DNA of 41,102 nt from Octopus sinensis (lineage: Eukaryota), in assembly GCF_006345805.1 (NCBI RefSeq), contig NW_021826209.1, positions 1-41,102 on the forward strand, given 5' to 3'. Positions 10,864 to 22,987 of the stretch are shown here, in pieces (the stretch's first letter is position 1; each line of letters starts with the position of its first letter). A program made the position numbers and the translations under genes. The notes under the pieces are model-generated. The model was not told the DNA's origin and ran no database searches. It saw only the letters and a list, made by a program, of their open reading frames with translations.

Positions 10864-11016
10864 GTTATCGTGCTGCTACTGCATAAATCTGTCTGAGATA
10901 TTTAGAAACGTATTATATATATATATATATATATATATTCAAAATGTGACCGCGTGTGTACCGTTGGCGATTTTTTTTCCTCCGTCTTTCCTTCTCTGGA
11001 TCTTTCCGTTTCCTAT

Positions 11017-11051
11017 GTTTCTGACGAAGAGCTCCGCTCGAAACGTAAAGC
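11017..11051 (+). ncRNA. Minimal type I hammerhead ribozyme motif (Penelope-like LTR remnant about 10935-11175)
   Basis: GUUU-CUGACGA-A-GAGC ucc GCUC-GAAAC-GUA|AAGC; palindromic ACGU stem III. Confidence 0.65.
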
Positions 11052-11229
11052 CCTTCTTCTTCCCTTCCTTCGAGAGCGTCCAATAATACTATATTTGTTC
11101 CATGTCCTTTGTTCCATGTCCTCGCGTTGTTGTGTTTTTTTCTTTTCTTTGTGTTTTTCATGTTTGGATTAACTTTATATATACATAACATATACATATA
11201 ATCACACCCACACACACACTATATAATAT

Positions 11230-11290
<61 letters not shown>

Positions 11291-11296
11291 GATGAT

Positions 11297-11334
<38 letters not shown>

Positions 11335-11407
11335 TATATAAATAGGTGTGCATATATACAGTTATATATATACTAGGCATACACATACATACATATATAG
11401 ATATATG

Positions 11408-11447
<40 letters not shown>

Positions 11448-11579
11448 CAGTTATATATATAAATATGTATGTATATATACATACTTACATTACATTACAC
11501 ATATGTTCGTACTACGTATATATGCATGTATGTATCTATGTATGCATGTATGTATGCATGTATGTACGTATATATGTAT

Positions 11580-11702
11580 GTCATTATTCAGTTCTATTTC
11601 AAGACTTCTTGCCAATAGAGAAAGAACCGGTTTCTAACCTAGATCCATGGCTCCTTTATTTGAGTTTCGACATCAGCAACAGGGTGTTTTTGTATGCTTG
11701 TA

Positions 11703-11735
<33 letters not shown>

Positions 11736-12268
11736 TTCTGTCTGTCTGTATGTATGTATGTATGTATGTATGTATGTATGTATGTATGTATGTATGTGTG
11801 TGTGTATGATTGTATGTATGTATGTATGTATGTATGTATGTATGTATACGTGCAGAGTTGTATGTTTTGTTTTATATATGCTTTTTTATGCATATAGTAA
11901 TTTAGTAACACGCTAACATTCATAATATCCATATAGTTGCATGCCTAGACATACTCAAATATACTTAAATGATAAACTTCTGGAAAGTTTTACAGATTTT
12001 TACAGTTCCAGTGATGGATTGGATCTGTAGTCTTCGAATCAGCTTAAAGTCTTAATTTATGGAATGGAGATATTCACATTGATACTTCTCGTCTTTTTTA
12101 TCTTCTGCAGGACACCTTCGAAGAGATTTGAAATCTATATTTGCAAGTTCCTTCGACCGAAATTCCCTCGGTGGTTTTCGGAATCCTAATTTCTCAAGAT
12201 GGGTATTTAGGCTGTGCGCTATATATCCCAGTGCCCCAATAATTACTGGTACAAACCTGAACTTGTAC
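11580..12268 (-). mobile_element. R4/Dong-like (RLE) LINE 3' end, (CATA)n family
   Basis: YKFRFVPVIIGALGYIAHSLNTHLEKLGF C-terminus; 3'UTR with an internal (TATG)n tract; paralogous to 36380-37056. Confidence 0.8.
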
Positions 12269-12654
12269 GTACGCATGTATATATGCTTGTAAGCACGTAT
12301 GCACGACAAATATGTATCAGTGGTTCTCCGTCGTCTTCGGCGATGAGGGTTGGGCTGCTCTTCGATTTACTGAGTTACTTTTTCTTAGAATCAGCATATG
12401 AGTGGATGGAAATTCCAAAGACTCGTAATTCTTTGAAATAATTCTCAAGTAGAACGTGCAGGATATAGTTTCTGACACGCCTAGATCTTTGAATTATAGC
12501 GAAAATGAACCGGATAGCGCTCCATACTGTTTCTATGATTCCTGTTGTTCTCACAAAGTATCAACGATGACTAAGAAATTGTATTCGCGATTACGGTTGC
12601 CCTTTTCCATTTTGGGGTCGATGCTATGTAAATATTTTTTGCGTTCTCCTTCTT

Positions 12655-12915
12655 GCAGTTATTGGACTGCGGCCGAGCTGGGGCACAACTGCGAAGATTT
12701 TGTTGTCGAACTAATCGAGTGCGCAACCGGAATTACGAAACCTCTTATACCGGAGCATAAGTTGCATGGGCCTAAACAAACCAACACCGGTTCCGAAGTG
12801 GTGAAGAACAGACACTCACACACACTCACACGCACGCAAGCACAACGGCAGGCTTCTTTCAGTTCTCGTTCACCAAGTCCACTCTCGACGGTTTGATCGA
12901 CCCGCGGCTATCGTC
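12655..12915 (-). mobile_element. Degenerate SINE A, head missing
   Basis: gactgcggccgagctggggcac...cttctttcagtt motifs. Confidence 0.7.
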
Positions 12916-12927
12916 GAAAGGTACCAT

Positions 12928-13009
<82 letters not shown>

Positions 13010-13149
13010 GATATTTATTCCCTGAGCGCCATACTAATACATTTCGTTTTTTCCACCTGCCTTCGTCTTTTGTTATTTTCATAAAGCTTCCCGTTATATA
13101 TATATACATACATATAATATATAATATATATATATATGTATATATATAT

Positions 13150-13198
<49 letters not shown>

Positions 13199-13314
13199 GG
13201 TATGTATGTTATGTATATATGTATGTATGCATGTATGACGGAATGTATGTGTGCTTGTATAGATATGCACGCATATACACACACATGCAATACATACATA
13301 CATACATACATACA

Positions 13315-13350
<36 letters not shown>

Positions 13351-13602
13351 TATGAATAGTAGGAATTTACAGAAAATGGGGAGACGAAGACAGGTGTATT
13401 AGTTTAACGCTCGGGAAGGTGAGAAAGTTTTTAACGTTTCGAGTCTATGTTCGTCAACAGAAAGGAACATGAGGAAATAAACAGGAAGAGAATAAAAAAA
13501 AGCTTTTGGAGTTAGCGGTCATATATATATACATAGATACGCACATACATACTTACATACATGCATACAGTCAGACAGACATACATAAACACATACACAT
13601 GT

Positions 13603-13651
<49 letters not shown>

Positions 13652-13654
13652 GAT

Positions 13655-13915
13655 GGAGGCACAATGGCCCAGCGGACATGCGGTTGTAGGATCGCGGTTT
13701 CGATTACCAGACTGACGTTGTGAGGCTCAAAGGGGATGGTGGCGAATCCTGCTGTACTCTTTCACCACAACTTTCACTCTTTCTTCCTGTTTCTGTTGTA
13801 CCTGTATTTCAAAGGGTCAGCCTTGTCATACTCTTGGTCATGTTAAATCTCCCCGAGAACTACGTTAAGGGTACACGTGTCTGTGGAGTGCTCAGCCACT
13901 TGCATGTTGATTTCA
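13655..13915 (+). mobile_element. tRNA-derived SINE family C, internally deleted
   Basis: Head ggaggcacaatggccc...ggtttcgatt; body gagaactacgttaagggtacacgtgtctgtggagtgct is shared with 15245-15400 (-) and 24000-24062 (+). Confidence 0.75.
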
Positions 13916-14736
13916 TATATGTATGTATGTGTATGTATGTATATATGTATGTATATATATATGCATGTGTATATGTATATGTATGTATATGTATATATAT
14001 ACGTATATGTATACGTGTATATTGCGTATCATAAATATATAAATATAGATATAGATAGATAAACAGACAGACAGGCAAATAGATACATGCATACATACAT
14101 ACATACATACATACATACATACATACATACATACATACATACATACACACGCACATACCTACATGAGCTTGTGCCCCCGTTATATGCAACTGAAGTAGTA
14201 TTAGATTAAAATAGCCATTTTTGTATCATACTAAATGTAAATAGCTTGCGAGAAAGCAAATTTACTGCAGTATTGGTCTTAAGTTGATATCCCATATGGA
14301 CGTACTGTGTTTAGAAATATAATACATATATTAGAAGCCGACGAAAATCGTCATAGCAACAGCTGGTGAGAATGCTAAATGCTTTTCTGTCTGACTGGGC
14401 GTTGTCATTTGCGTGTTCTCACAGCCAGCTGCATTCCAAGAAGAATATAGTTGCCACCGATATAGGATAACAGCCCGGCGGAAATTTTGAAGTATCAGTG
14501 AATGTTTGTTCACTGTATTCCAAGACACAAAGCTGAAACTGAAGAATCCTTGGCTGAGGTAAGAGATTAAAGCCTCCTCATCAGAATCCATGAAGAACAT
14601 GTAATGAAACCGACGCAGTAAAATAACCGTAGCATATCTGAAGAATGCTATTGCTGGTAGTCTTGTCTTTGCCAATAAATACCACATCCACAAGCATGAC
14701 ACAGATGTGTCTTTCACGCATGGGAAGTTATAATCG

Positions 14737-15140
14737 ATATTCTTTTCTACTCAAGGTACAAGGCCCAAAATTTATGGGGAGGGGACCAGTCGATTAGACC
14801 GACCCCAGTACGCAACTGGTACTTAATTTATCGACCCCGAAAAGATGAAAGGCAAAGTCGACCTCGGCGGAATTTGAACTCAGAGAACGTAAAGACAGAC
14901 AAAATACCTATTTCTTTACTACCCACAAGGAGCTAAACACAAAGGAGACAAACAAGGACAGACAGACGGATTAAGTCGATTATATCGACCCCAGTGCGCA
15001 ACTGGTACTTAATTTATCGACCCCGAAAGGATGAAAGGCTAAATCGACCTCGGCGGAATTTGAACTCAGAGCATAGCGGCAGACGAAATACCGCTAAGCA
15101 TTTCGCCCAGCGGGCTAACGATTCTGCCAGCTTGCTGCCT
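14737..15140 (-). mobile_element. SINE B dimer: head-core-tail1-core-tail2
   Basis: Two cores, one head; junction aaagaaat-aggtattt near 14910. Confidence 0.85.
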
Positions 15141-15244
15141 TTTATAATCAATATTGATGATGGAATATGAACAGAAAAGATGTTACAGCGTGGCTAGCAA
15201 TAGTACTTTGGGTAGCATCAATACATACAGACAAGATAGTGGTA

Positions 15245-15400
15245 GTCCGTCGGGTTTCAGCTGATCCGATCAACCGAACAGCCTGATCGTGAAATTAACG
15301 TGAAAGTGGTTTAGCACTCCACAGACACGTGAACCCATAACGTAGTTCATAATGAGATTCAGCGTGTGACAAGGCCTGCCCTTTGAAATACAGTTACAAC
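15245..15400 (-). mobile_element. SINE family C 3' fragment
   Basis: Reverse complement of the 13840-13915 body plus further tail. Confidence 0.7.
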
Positions 15401-15525
15401 TAATTCTTGTTAGCTGGCGACCAAGGCTAATCGACCAGATATCGTAATCAAATACTACAAACAAAACAAATATCTTGTAAATGAAGTGTCAGCTTAAACA
15501 GATATTTTTCTTCTCTCTAAGCAAT

Positions 15526-15753
15526 GAAGATATTATCGAAGCCTAAAAATCTGGAAATAAAGATAACCAGGATGTGGGGAATGTAAACATAAACAATATT
15601 TCTAATTATAGGTGTCTTGCGGCAACTAATCAGAAGACATGCAGGTAAATACATTACTACGGTCCCAGGGCTTACAAAAATGTATGACAAACAGAAGGTA
15701 GCACTGCTGGGTACGGCACGGTTATGTTACATAGGGTACTATCAATGAAATAG
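15526..15753 (+). mobile_element. Degenerate R4/Dong-like LINE C-terminus
   Basis: KNLEIKITRMWG...IIG...KVALLGTA motifs. Confidence 0.65.
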
Positions 15754-15775
15754 AAAACAGGAAAACAAAACGATG

Positions 15776-16240
<465 letters not shown>

Positions 16241-16404
16241 AAGCGTAGAAAATACCTTGCGCGTCCCTTTCTTGGCGGTCTTTTGAAGAAACTCAGGCGA
16301 CAGCCAACGTAAGCAGTCAACCAGTTGGAGTTGGTTTGAGACAAGAAGCGATTAGAATGCGAAGTTGGTGAGTTTATAAATAAGCAATGAAGCCGGAGAC
16401 GTAA

Positions 16405-16468
16405 ATGAGAGAAGGAGAGAGAGAGGGATGGATGGATGGAGGGAGGGAGGGAGGGAGAAAGAGATGGA

Positions 16469-16504
<36 letters not shown>

Positions 16505-16609
16505 AATGGTTTAGATAATTGGGTATAATGTATATTAATATGTTTCTGTGGACAGAGTTAGTGGACAACTAGGGAAGAGAGAGAGAGAGAGAGAAATAGG
16601 AAGTGAGGA

Positions 16610-16646
<37 letters not shown>

Positions 16647-16778
16647 GAAGAGGAGAGAAAAGGAGAGAGGAGGGCAAAAAGGGAGGCGAGAGAGAGAGAG
16701 AGAGAGAGGAAAAAGACAGGAAGAAAGGCGGACAGGATGTGAGAGGACAGAGAGAGAGAAGGGAAGATGGAGAAAGGA

Positions 16779-16809
<31 letters not shown>

Positions 16810-16860
16810 AGAAGAAAGAAAGGTGGAGAGTAGAGAGAAAGAAAGAGAGAGAGAGAGGCG
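16405..16860. repeat. (GA)n polypurine tract
   Basis: Direct reading. Confidence 0.95.
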
Positions 16861-17169
16861 GATAAGGATGTAAACAGGAAAAAAACAAAAGGAGGTAGGT
16901 GTGCGGGGCGGGGGGAGGCTCTTTTCTTTCTGATGTCTTTATATATCTACACCCACTCTTCACCGACCACCTCCACCACCACCACCAACACCAAACCGTA
17001 CCCCTCCCCACCCCCTCTCCATTTTGGTGACAGATTCCCATAGAATTTCGGCCGAAATGATTTATGGGATTTTTCGAGTTACGCCCCTTTGTCATCTGAG
17101 TGAAAATCCCGCCAAAATCTTACATCGGTGCGATTTTCCGTTGTTAATTGAATCGATAAATAAATACCT

Positions 17170-17761
17170 ATTTCTTTATTACCCACAAGGGGCTAAACAC
17201 AGGGAGGACAAACAAGGACAGACATAGGTATTAAGTCGATTACATCGACCCCAGTGCGTAACTGGTACTTAATTTATCGACCCCGAAAGGATGAAAGGCA
17301 AAATCGACCTCGGCGGAATTTGAACTCACAGCGTAACGCAGACAAAATACCTATTTCTTTATTACCCACAAGGGGCTAAACACAGAGGGGACAAACAAGG
17401 ACAGACATGGGTATTAAGTCGATTACATCGACCCCAGTGCGTAACTGGTCCTTAATTTATCGACCCCGAAAGGTTGAAAGGCAAAATCGACCTCGGCGGA
17501 ATTTGAACTCACAACGTAACGGCAGACGAAATACCTATTTCTTTATTACCCACAAGGGGCTAAACACAGAGGGGACAAACAAGGACAGACATAGGTATTA
17601 AGTCGATTACATCGACCCCAGTGCGTAACTGGTGCTTAATTTATCGACCCCGAAAGGATGAAAGGCAAAGTCGACCTCGGCGGAATTTGAACTCACAACG
17701 TAACGGCAGACGAAATACCGCTAAGCATTTCGCCCGGCGTTCAAACGTTTCTGCCAGCTCG
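17170..17761 (-). mobile_element. SINE B trimer: head plus 3 x about 184-bp core-tail1
   Basis: Units begin at 17170, 17353 and 17537. Confidence 0.92.
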
Positions 17762-18189
17762 GTTATCTATTGAGATCAAAGTCATCGATAAATACCTCAT
17801 CTTAAAATCTGGGCATTTGTACCCTCAAACACAGCATTAAGCGGAATAAGTTCGAGCTTAGGGCATCAAAGGAAGGAAGGGGCACCACAGAAATGGTAAA
17901 TGGCTTACGACACAAATGAAAATCACTTGAAACTTGCTAAAATAATATTCGGGATGCCTTTATCTCTACTAAGTATAGATGCAGATGTGTTACGTGGGAT
18001 TAATTTTTAGGAGCTGATCAAAAACTGCAATTAAAAACAAAAAGGGGGAGAAAACTTTTTAAATATAAATAAAATGGAAGTAAACACAAAAAAATATTAT
18101 GTTCCATCTTACTGTTAGTTTTGATTCATTCTGAAAAATATAAATTGATTTTAGGGTTTACTACGGTTTGTATTTTGAAATTCATACCT

Positions 18190-18410
18190 ATTTCTTTACT
18201 ACCCACAAGGGGCTAAACACAGAGGGGACAAACAAACGCATTAAGTCGATTACATCGACCCCAGTGCGTAACTGGTACTTATTTAATCGACCCCGAAAGG
18301 ATGAAAGGCAAAGTCGACCTCGGCGGAATTTGAACTCAGAACGTAACGGCAGACGAAATACGACTACGCATTTCGCCCGGCGTGCTTAACGATTCTGCCA
18401 GCTCGCCGCC
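18190..18410 (-). mobile_element. SINE B, type-1 tail, with about 18-bp TSD
   Basis: tttgaa(a/t)ttcatacctat at 18174-18191 and 18411-18428. Confidence 0.9.
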
Positions 18411-18559
18411 TTTGAATTTCATACCTATGGGAGCACCCAAATGTTTTAAGTGCTTAGGGCCTCTATGGCTCTTTATCCGGCTCTGCCCCAACAGATTACT
18501 GCTCTGTTCATTCTCTCGATTTTCATTTCTTCTAATTCACCTATGTCACGTTTTAGTTC

Positions 18560-19025
18560 CATACCGCTGCCTTGAGATGCAATACTTTCCTCAACACATG
18601 CTGTTCCAAGTACTGCAACCAGGTTTTAATGTCAAAATACCGCTTGTACTATATGCACAAGGCCTGAAGTTTGTAAGGACGGCGCTAGTTGATTACATCG
18701 CCCCCCCCCCACTGTTCAGCAAGTACTTGTTTCATCGACCCCGAAAGGATGAAAGGCAGAGTCGACCTTGGCGGAATTTCAACCCAGAACGTGAAGACGT
18801 TCTTTATAAAGGTCCCAAGTGCACCGATCACAATAGGTACCACTCTCATTTTTCAGGTTCTATAGATGCATTTCGCTTCCAAAGTAAGGTCTTGGTGCCT
18901 TGCGATTTCCTCGTTCCCTGTCTTCACAGTATTCCGGTTTGCAGGTATGGCTACGTCGATGAAGGTCTATTCTTTGGACTCCTTCCGCCGGAGAGTGAAA
19001 CGTTGCAGCTTGTCATCTCCGAAGA
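18560..19025 (-). mobile_element. R4/Dong-like LINE RLE fragment interrupted by a SINE
   Basis: TFIDVAIPANRN, MRVVPIVIGALGT and AVLGTA motifs on the minus strand. Confidence 0.75.
18645..18800 (-). mobile_element. SINE B type-2 partial, nested in an RLE LINE fragment
   Basis: Core atcgaccccgaaaggatgaaaggc and type-2 tail. Confidence 0.7.
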
Positions 19026-19032
19026 TTAGCAT

Positions 19033-19097
19033 AGGCGTAGGAGTGGGTATGCGGTAAGTAGCTTGCTTATCAACCACATGGTTCCGGGTTAGATCCA
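19033..19097 (+). mobile_element. SINE A head only
   Basis: aggcgtaggagtgg...ggttccgggtt. Confidence 0.7.
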
Positions 19098-19228
19098 CTT
19101 CAACATTTATATTTAATTTGCCAAAATATTTTCGTCGCTTTGAAACCGCGACCAGTTCACTGGCAAAATTCTGTGCTGCATCGGAGAAAGTAGCACTTAG
19201 TTCATGATATATATGTACTAATTATATG

Positions 19229-19295
<67 letters not shown>

Positions 19296-19420
19296 TATGT
19301 TTGACTTTTGCTTTACATTTGCACAAGCTGGCTCCAAGTTTCACCCAGAGACCTCAAGAGACAACAGGCTGGAAGTTCATGTTGGTGTTATGCCTAGGGT
19401 GCCATATATTTGATTTTGTA
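19296..19420 (-). mobile_element. 3'UTR of the (TAA)n-tailed R4/Dong-like LINE
   Basis: Near-identical to 22985-23110; (ATT)n directly adjacent. Confidence 0.8.
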
Positions 19421-19459
19421 CTTAGTGTTGTACTACTACTACTTATTATTATTATTATT

Positions 19460-20009
19460 GAGTGAGCGAGCAGTTCATGCCATCAAAATGACACTGGGGT
19501 AAAATATACGAAGCCCAAAATACCCATCATGACTACCCGTCTGATAAGGGTACACCAGGCACATGCATCACAACCATATGTGCGCGACATGGTGATCTCA
19601 TATCAAGATAAACAGCACATGACCTTGCAGGTGGGGCCCAGTTAGAATTTTCTTCAGATCGAGTAACCCATCCCGCTCAAAAGGTCCCTGAATAAGGGTT
19701 GTTTAAGGACGTTGAACGAAACACCCATGTTTCCAGAGGTGAATTATTCAAACCCCAAAGAATCCTTCTCAACACATGGTTTTGATGCTCCCCCACTACT
19801 TCTGCTCGTGATCAGAGATGCACATATCGTCAGCCACTAAGGGACATGCTCAACTGGTTATGGTCAAACAACTGACAAGCAAATCTGTGGTATTGAGCAG
19901 AATATTTGCTGTAGCCCATCTTTTATACCAAGACAAAACAATGTACATGATAACACTTCCAATCAGTTAAGATCAGCCATGAGAGCCACTGTCTGGTACT
20001 GCATCAGGG

Positions 20010-20010
<1 letters not shown>
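19460..20010. repeat. About 550-bp unclassified interspersed repeat, (ATT)n on both sides
   Basis: Second, deleted copy at 20530-20910; no ORF or Pol III boxes recognised. Confidence 0.8.
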
Positions 20011-20045
<35 letters not shown>

Positions 20046-20046
20046 G

Positions 20047-20098
<52 letters not shown>

Positions 20099-20099
<1 letters not shown>

Positions 20100-20497
20100 G
20101 GTGGCGAGCTGGCAGAAACGTTGCACGTAGGGTAAAATGCTTTGCGGTATTTCGTCTGCCGTTACGTTCTGATTTCAAATTCCGCCGAGGTCGACTTTGC
20201 CTTTCATCCTTTCGGGGTCGATTAAATAAGTACCAGTTACGCACTGGGGTCGATATAATCGACTTAATCCGTCTGTCTGTCCTTGTTTGTCCCCTCTGTG
20301 TGTAGCCCCTTGTGGGTAGTAAAGAAATAAGTATTTCGTCTGCCGCTACATTTTGAGTTCAAGTTCAACTGAGATCAACTTTGCCTTTCATCCTTTCGGG
20401 GTCGATAAATTAAGTACCAGTGAAACATTGGGATCGATGTAATCTACTAGTCCCCCCCAAAAAAAATTCAAGCTTTGTGATATAATAAAAAGGATTA
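20099..20497 (+). mobile_element. SINE B dimer: head-core-tail1-core-tail2
   Basis: Same architecture as 14737-15140; second core more diverged; flanked by (ATT)n. Confidence 0.85.
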
Positions 20498-20529
20498 TTA
20501 TTATTATCATTGGTGTTGTTATTGTTATT

Positions 20530-20910
20530 GAGTGAGAGAGCAAAACAAATCAAGGTACAAATATACGAAGCCCAGTATACCCATCATGACGACCCGTCTG
20601 ATAAGGGTACACCAGGCGCATGCATTACGACCATATGTACGCAATATACTGATCTTCTATCAAGATTAGCAGCTGGTGGGGCCCAGTTAGAATTTTCTTC
20701 AGGTCGAGTAGTCCATCCCGCTCAAAAGGTCCCTTAATTAAAATTTGCTTAAGGATGATGAAAAAAACACACGTTTCCCGGGGTGAATTATTCTAATCCC
20801 AAAGTATTCCTCTCAACATATGACCATGACGCTCCGCCACCCCTTCTTTTGATCAGAAATGCACATATCGTCAGCCACCAAGAGTCAACTTAGTCTGCTG
20901 GCTGTGGACA
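20530..20910. repeat. Second diverged copy of the 550-bp repeat
   Basis: Shares gagtgag...atatacgaagccc...gataagggtacaccaggc...ccgctcaaaaggtccc. Confidence 0.8.
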
Positions 20911-20928
20911 TTATTATTATTATTATTG

Positions 20929-22174
20929 TTAGGTTGTCAAGAAAGTTCTTGCGGTTTTTAACCTTTACATTCAGATGTACATATCTCGGCTCAAACAAAA
21001 CTTTATTAACCGAAATAAACACCATCAGAATCAACACACTTTTGCCGTAAAAATCCTGCGTTCTGGTAGCGATGAAGGCATTGAAGGCGTGTTTGGCATC
21101 GTCTTGGTTTTTGAAGCATTTCTCACGCTGGAAGTTGTCGAGATGCTTGAAAAAGTGGTAGTCGGTAGGCGAGAGCTCTGTGAGTATGGCGAACGAGGCA
21201 GAGTTTCGTAGTCCAGTTCGATCAACTTCTGCAGGGTCAGTTGTGCGACGTGTGGCTGAGTGTTGTCGTGGAGAAGAATTGGTCCTTTTCTATTGACCAA
21301 TGCTGGCTGTTGTTGTCGGAGTTTCTTATGCATTTCATCCATTTGCTGACAGTACTTCTCCGCCGTAATGGTTTCGCCTGGATCCAAAAAGCTGTGATGG
21401 ATGAAAGCGGCCACAGACCACCAAACAGTCACCATGACCTTCTTTTGGTTGGCTTCGGGAAGTGCCGTGGAGCTTCGTCGGCATCCAACCACTGAGCTGA
21501 GTGTAGCCGGTTGTCGTAAAAAAATTCACTTTTCATCGCAAGTCACAATCCGGTCGAGAAACGAGTCGTTCTTGTTGCGTGAAAGAAGGGAAGACGACAC
21601 TTCAAAAAGGCGAATTTTTCGTTTTCGTTCGATTCGTGCGGCACCTATTTCTCAAGTACTTCTGTTTTCCCAATCTCTTTCAAGTGGTTGGAAATTGTCG
21701 TGTACTTTACGCCTAATTCAGAGAAGTAAGCTCCTGAACAGTTGTGCGTGGATTGGCTTCCACTAAGGCTCTTATTTGATCGTTGTCAACATCAGATGGC
21801 CGACCACTACTTTTATCATCTTCAAGATTCTCGTCACCGCTACGAAATTTCTTGAGCCACCATTGTGCTGTACGTTCATTAGTGGTTCCTGGGCCAAACG
21901 CATCGTTGCTATCGCGAGCTGTTTCAGCAGCTTTTCGGCCTAACTTGAACTGGAATAAGAAAATTGTGCGAATTTGCTTTTTGTCCATGTTGTATTCAAC
22001 ATTCCGGAAAATGGCCTAATTATTCAAAAAGGAAAAGAGTAACACGATTAGATAGAGCGAAAAACGGGCTTTAAAAGGATATATAAAGTGAAAGTAATTT
22101 AACGAAAATTAATTTGAAAATACATAATTTAAAACCAAAATTAAAAATTCAGCAAGAACTACTACAACTACTAA
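20929..22174 (-). mobile_element. Mariner, cecropia subfamily (Hsmar1-like), degenerate full length
   Basis: MDKKQIRTIFLFQFKLGRKAAETAR..., VTCDEK, KVMVTVWWS, LLHDN, LSPTDYHFF motifs across frameshifts from 21988. Left TIR ttaggttgtcaagaaagttcttgcgg; right TIR decayed into (CTA)n. Confidence 0.92.
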
Positions 22175-22178
22175 TACA

Positions 22179-22257
<79 letters not shown>

Positions 22258-22276
22258 TTATTATTATTATATTATT

Positions 22277-22547
22277 GTCTTCGCAGAGCTTCTAACGCTG
22301 GAGATGCACTACGGCGTAAACTGATCACTACCAGTTAACTAAGGTAACACCCCTTAATTTTTCGAGCACCATCAGGAGTATTCGAGCGGTTCCAAGCAGT
22401 GCTGTTTTCTGCAAGTGCTTCACCCTTATTGCAGCCCCTATTTGTTCCATGTGCACCTCAAGATTTTTTATTCACTGTTCGCAGGGGCCCCGACAATTAT
22501 TGGTAGCGCTACCACCTTTTTCATCGACCACAACTGCTTAACCTCCA

Positions 22548-22548
<1 letters not shown>
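22277..22548 (-). mobile_element. R4/Dong-like LINE C-terminus plus 3'UTR
   Basis: LEVKQLWSMKKVVALPIIVGA...LQKTALLGTARIL; (TAA)n at both ends. Confidence 0.8.
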
Positions 22549-22578
<30 letters not shown>

Positions 22579-22605
22579 GTAGTAGTAGTAGTAGTAGTAG
22601 TAGTT

Positions 22606-22656
<51 letters not shown>

Positions 22657-22682
22657 TAGTAGTAGTAGTAGTAGTAGTAGTA

Positions 22683-22717
<35 letters not shown>

Positions 22718-22728
22718 TCATCATCATT

Positions 22729-22788
<60 letters not shown>

Positions 22789-22940
22789 GTCATCATTATT
22801 ATTATCCTGGGATTTGTTGGAGCTCTTGGAGTCTTACATGCGTAGCGGGCTTGCTGCCTACAGCCTATGGTACCGTGCCATTCGTTCTGTTCAACTATCT
22901 AGTACTTTCTTGGTTATTATTATTATTATTATTATTATTA

Positions 22941-22984
<44 letters not shown>

Positions 22985-22987
<3 letters not shown>

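Noticed and set aside
12379-12430. 52-nt minus-strand exon candidate
   Set aside because: Weak sites, and the phases do not connect to the gene model.
16250-16400. Possible first exon or promoter next to the GA tract
   Set aside because: Isolated donor-like motifs on both strands; no supporting evidence.
17170-17761. CRISPR-like periodicity
   Set aside because: The units are whole SINE bodies with no unique spacers, in a eukaryotic context with no cas genes.
18382-19029. 215-aa plus-strand ORF
   Set aside because: Chance read-through of SINE and antisense LINE fragments.
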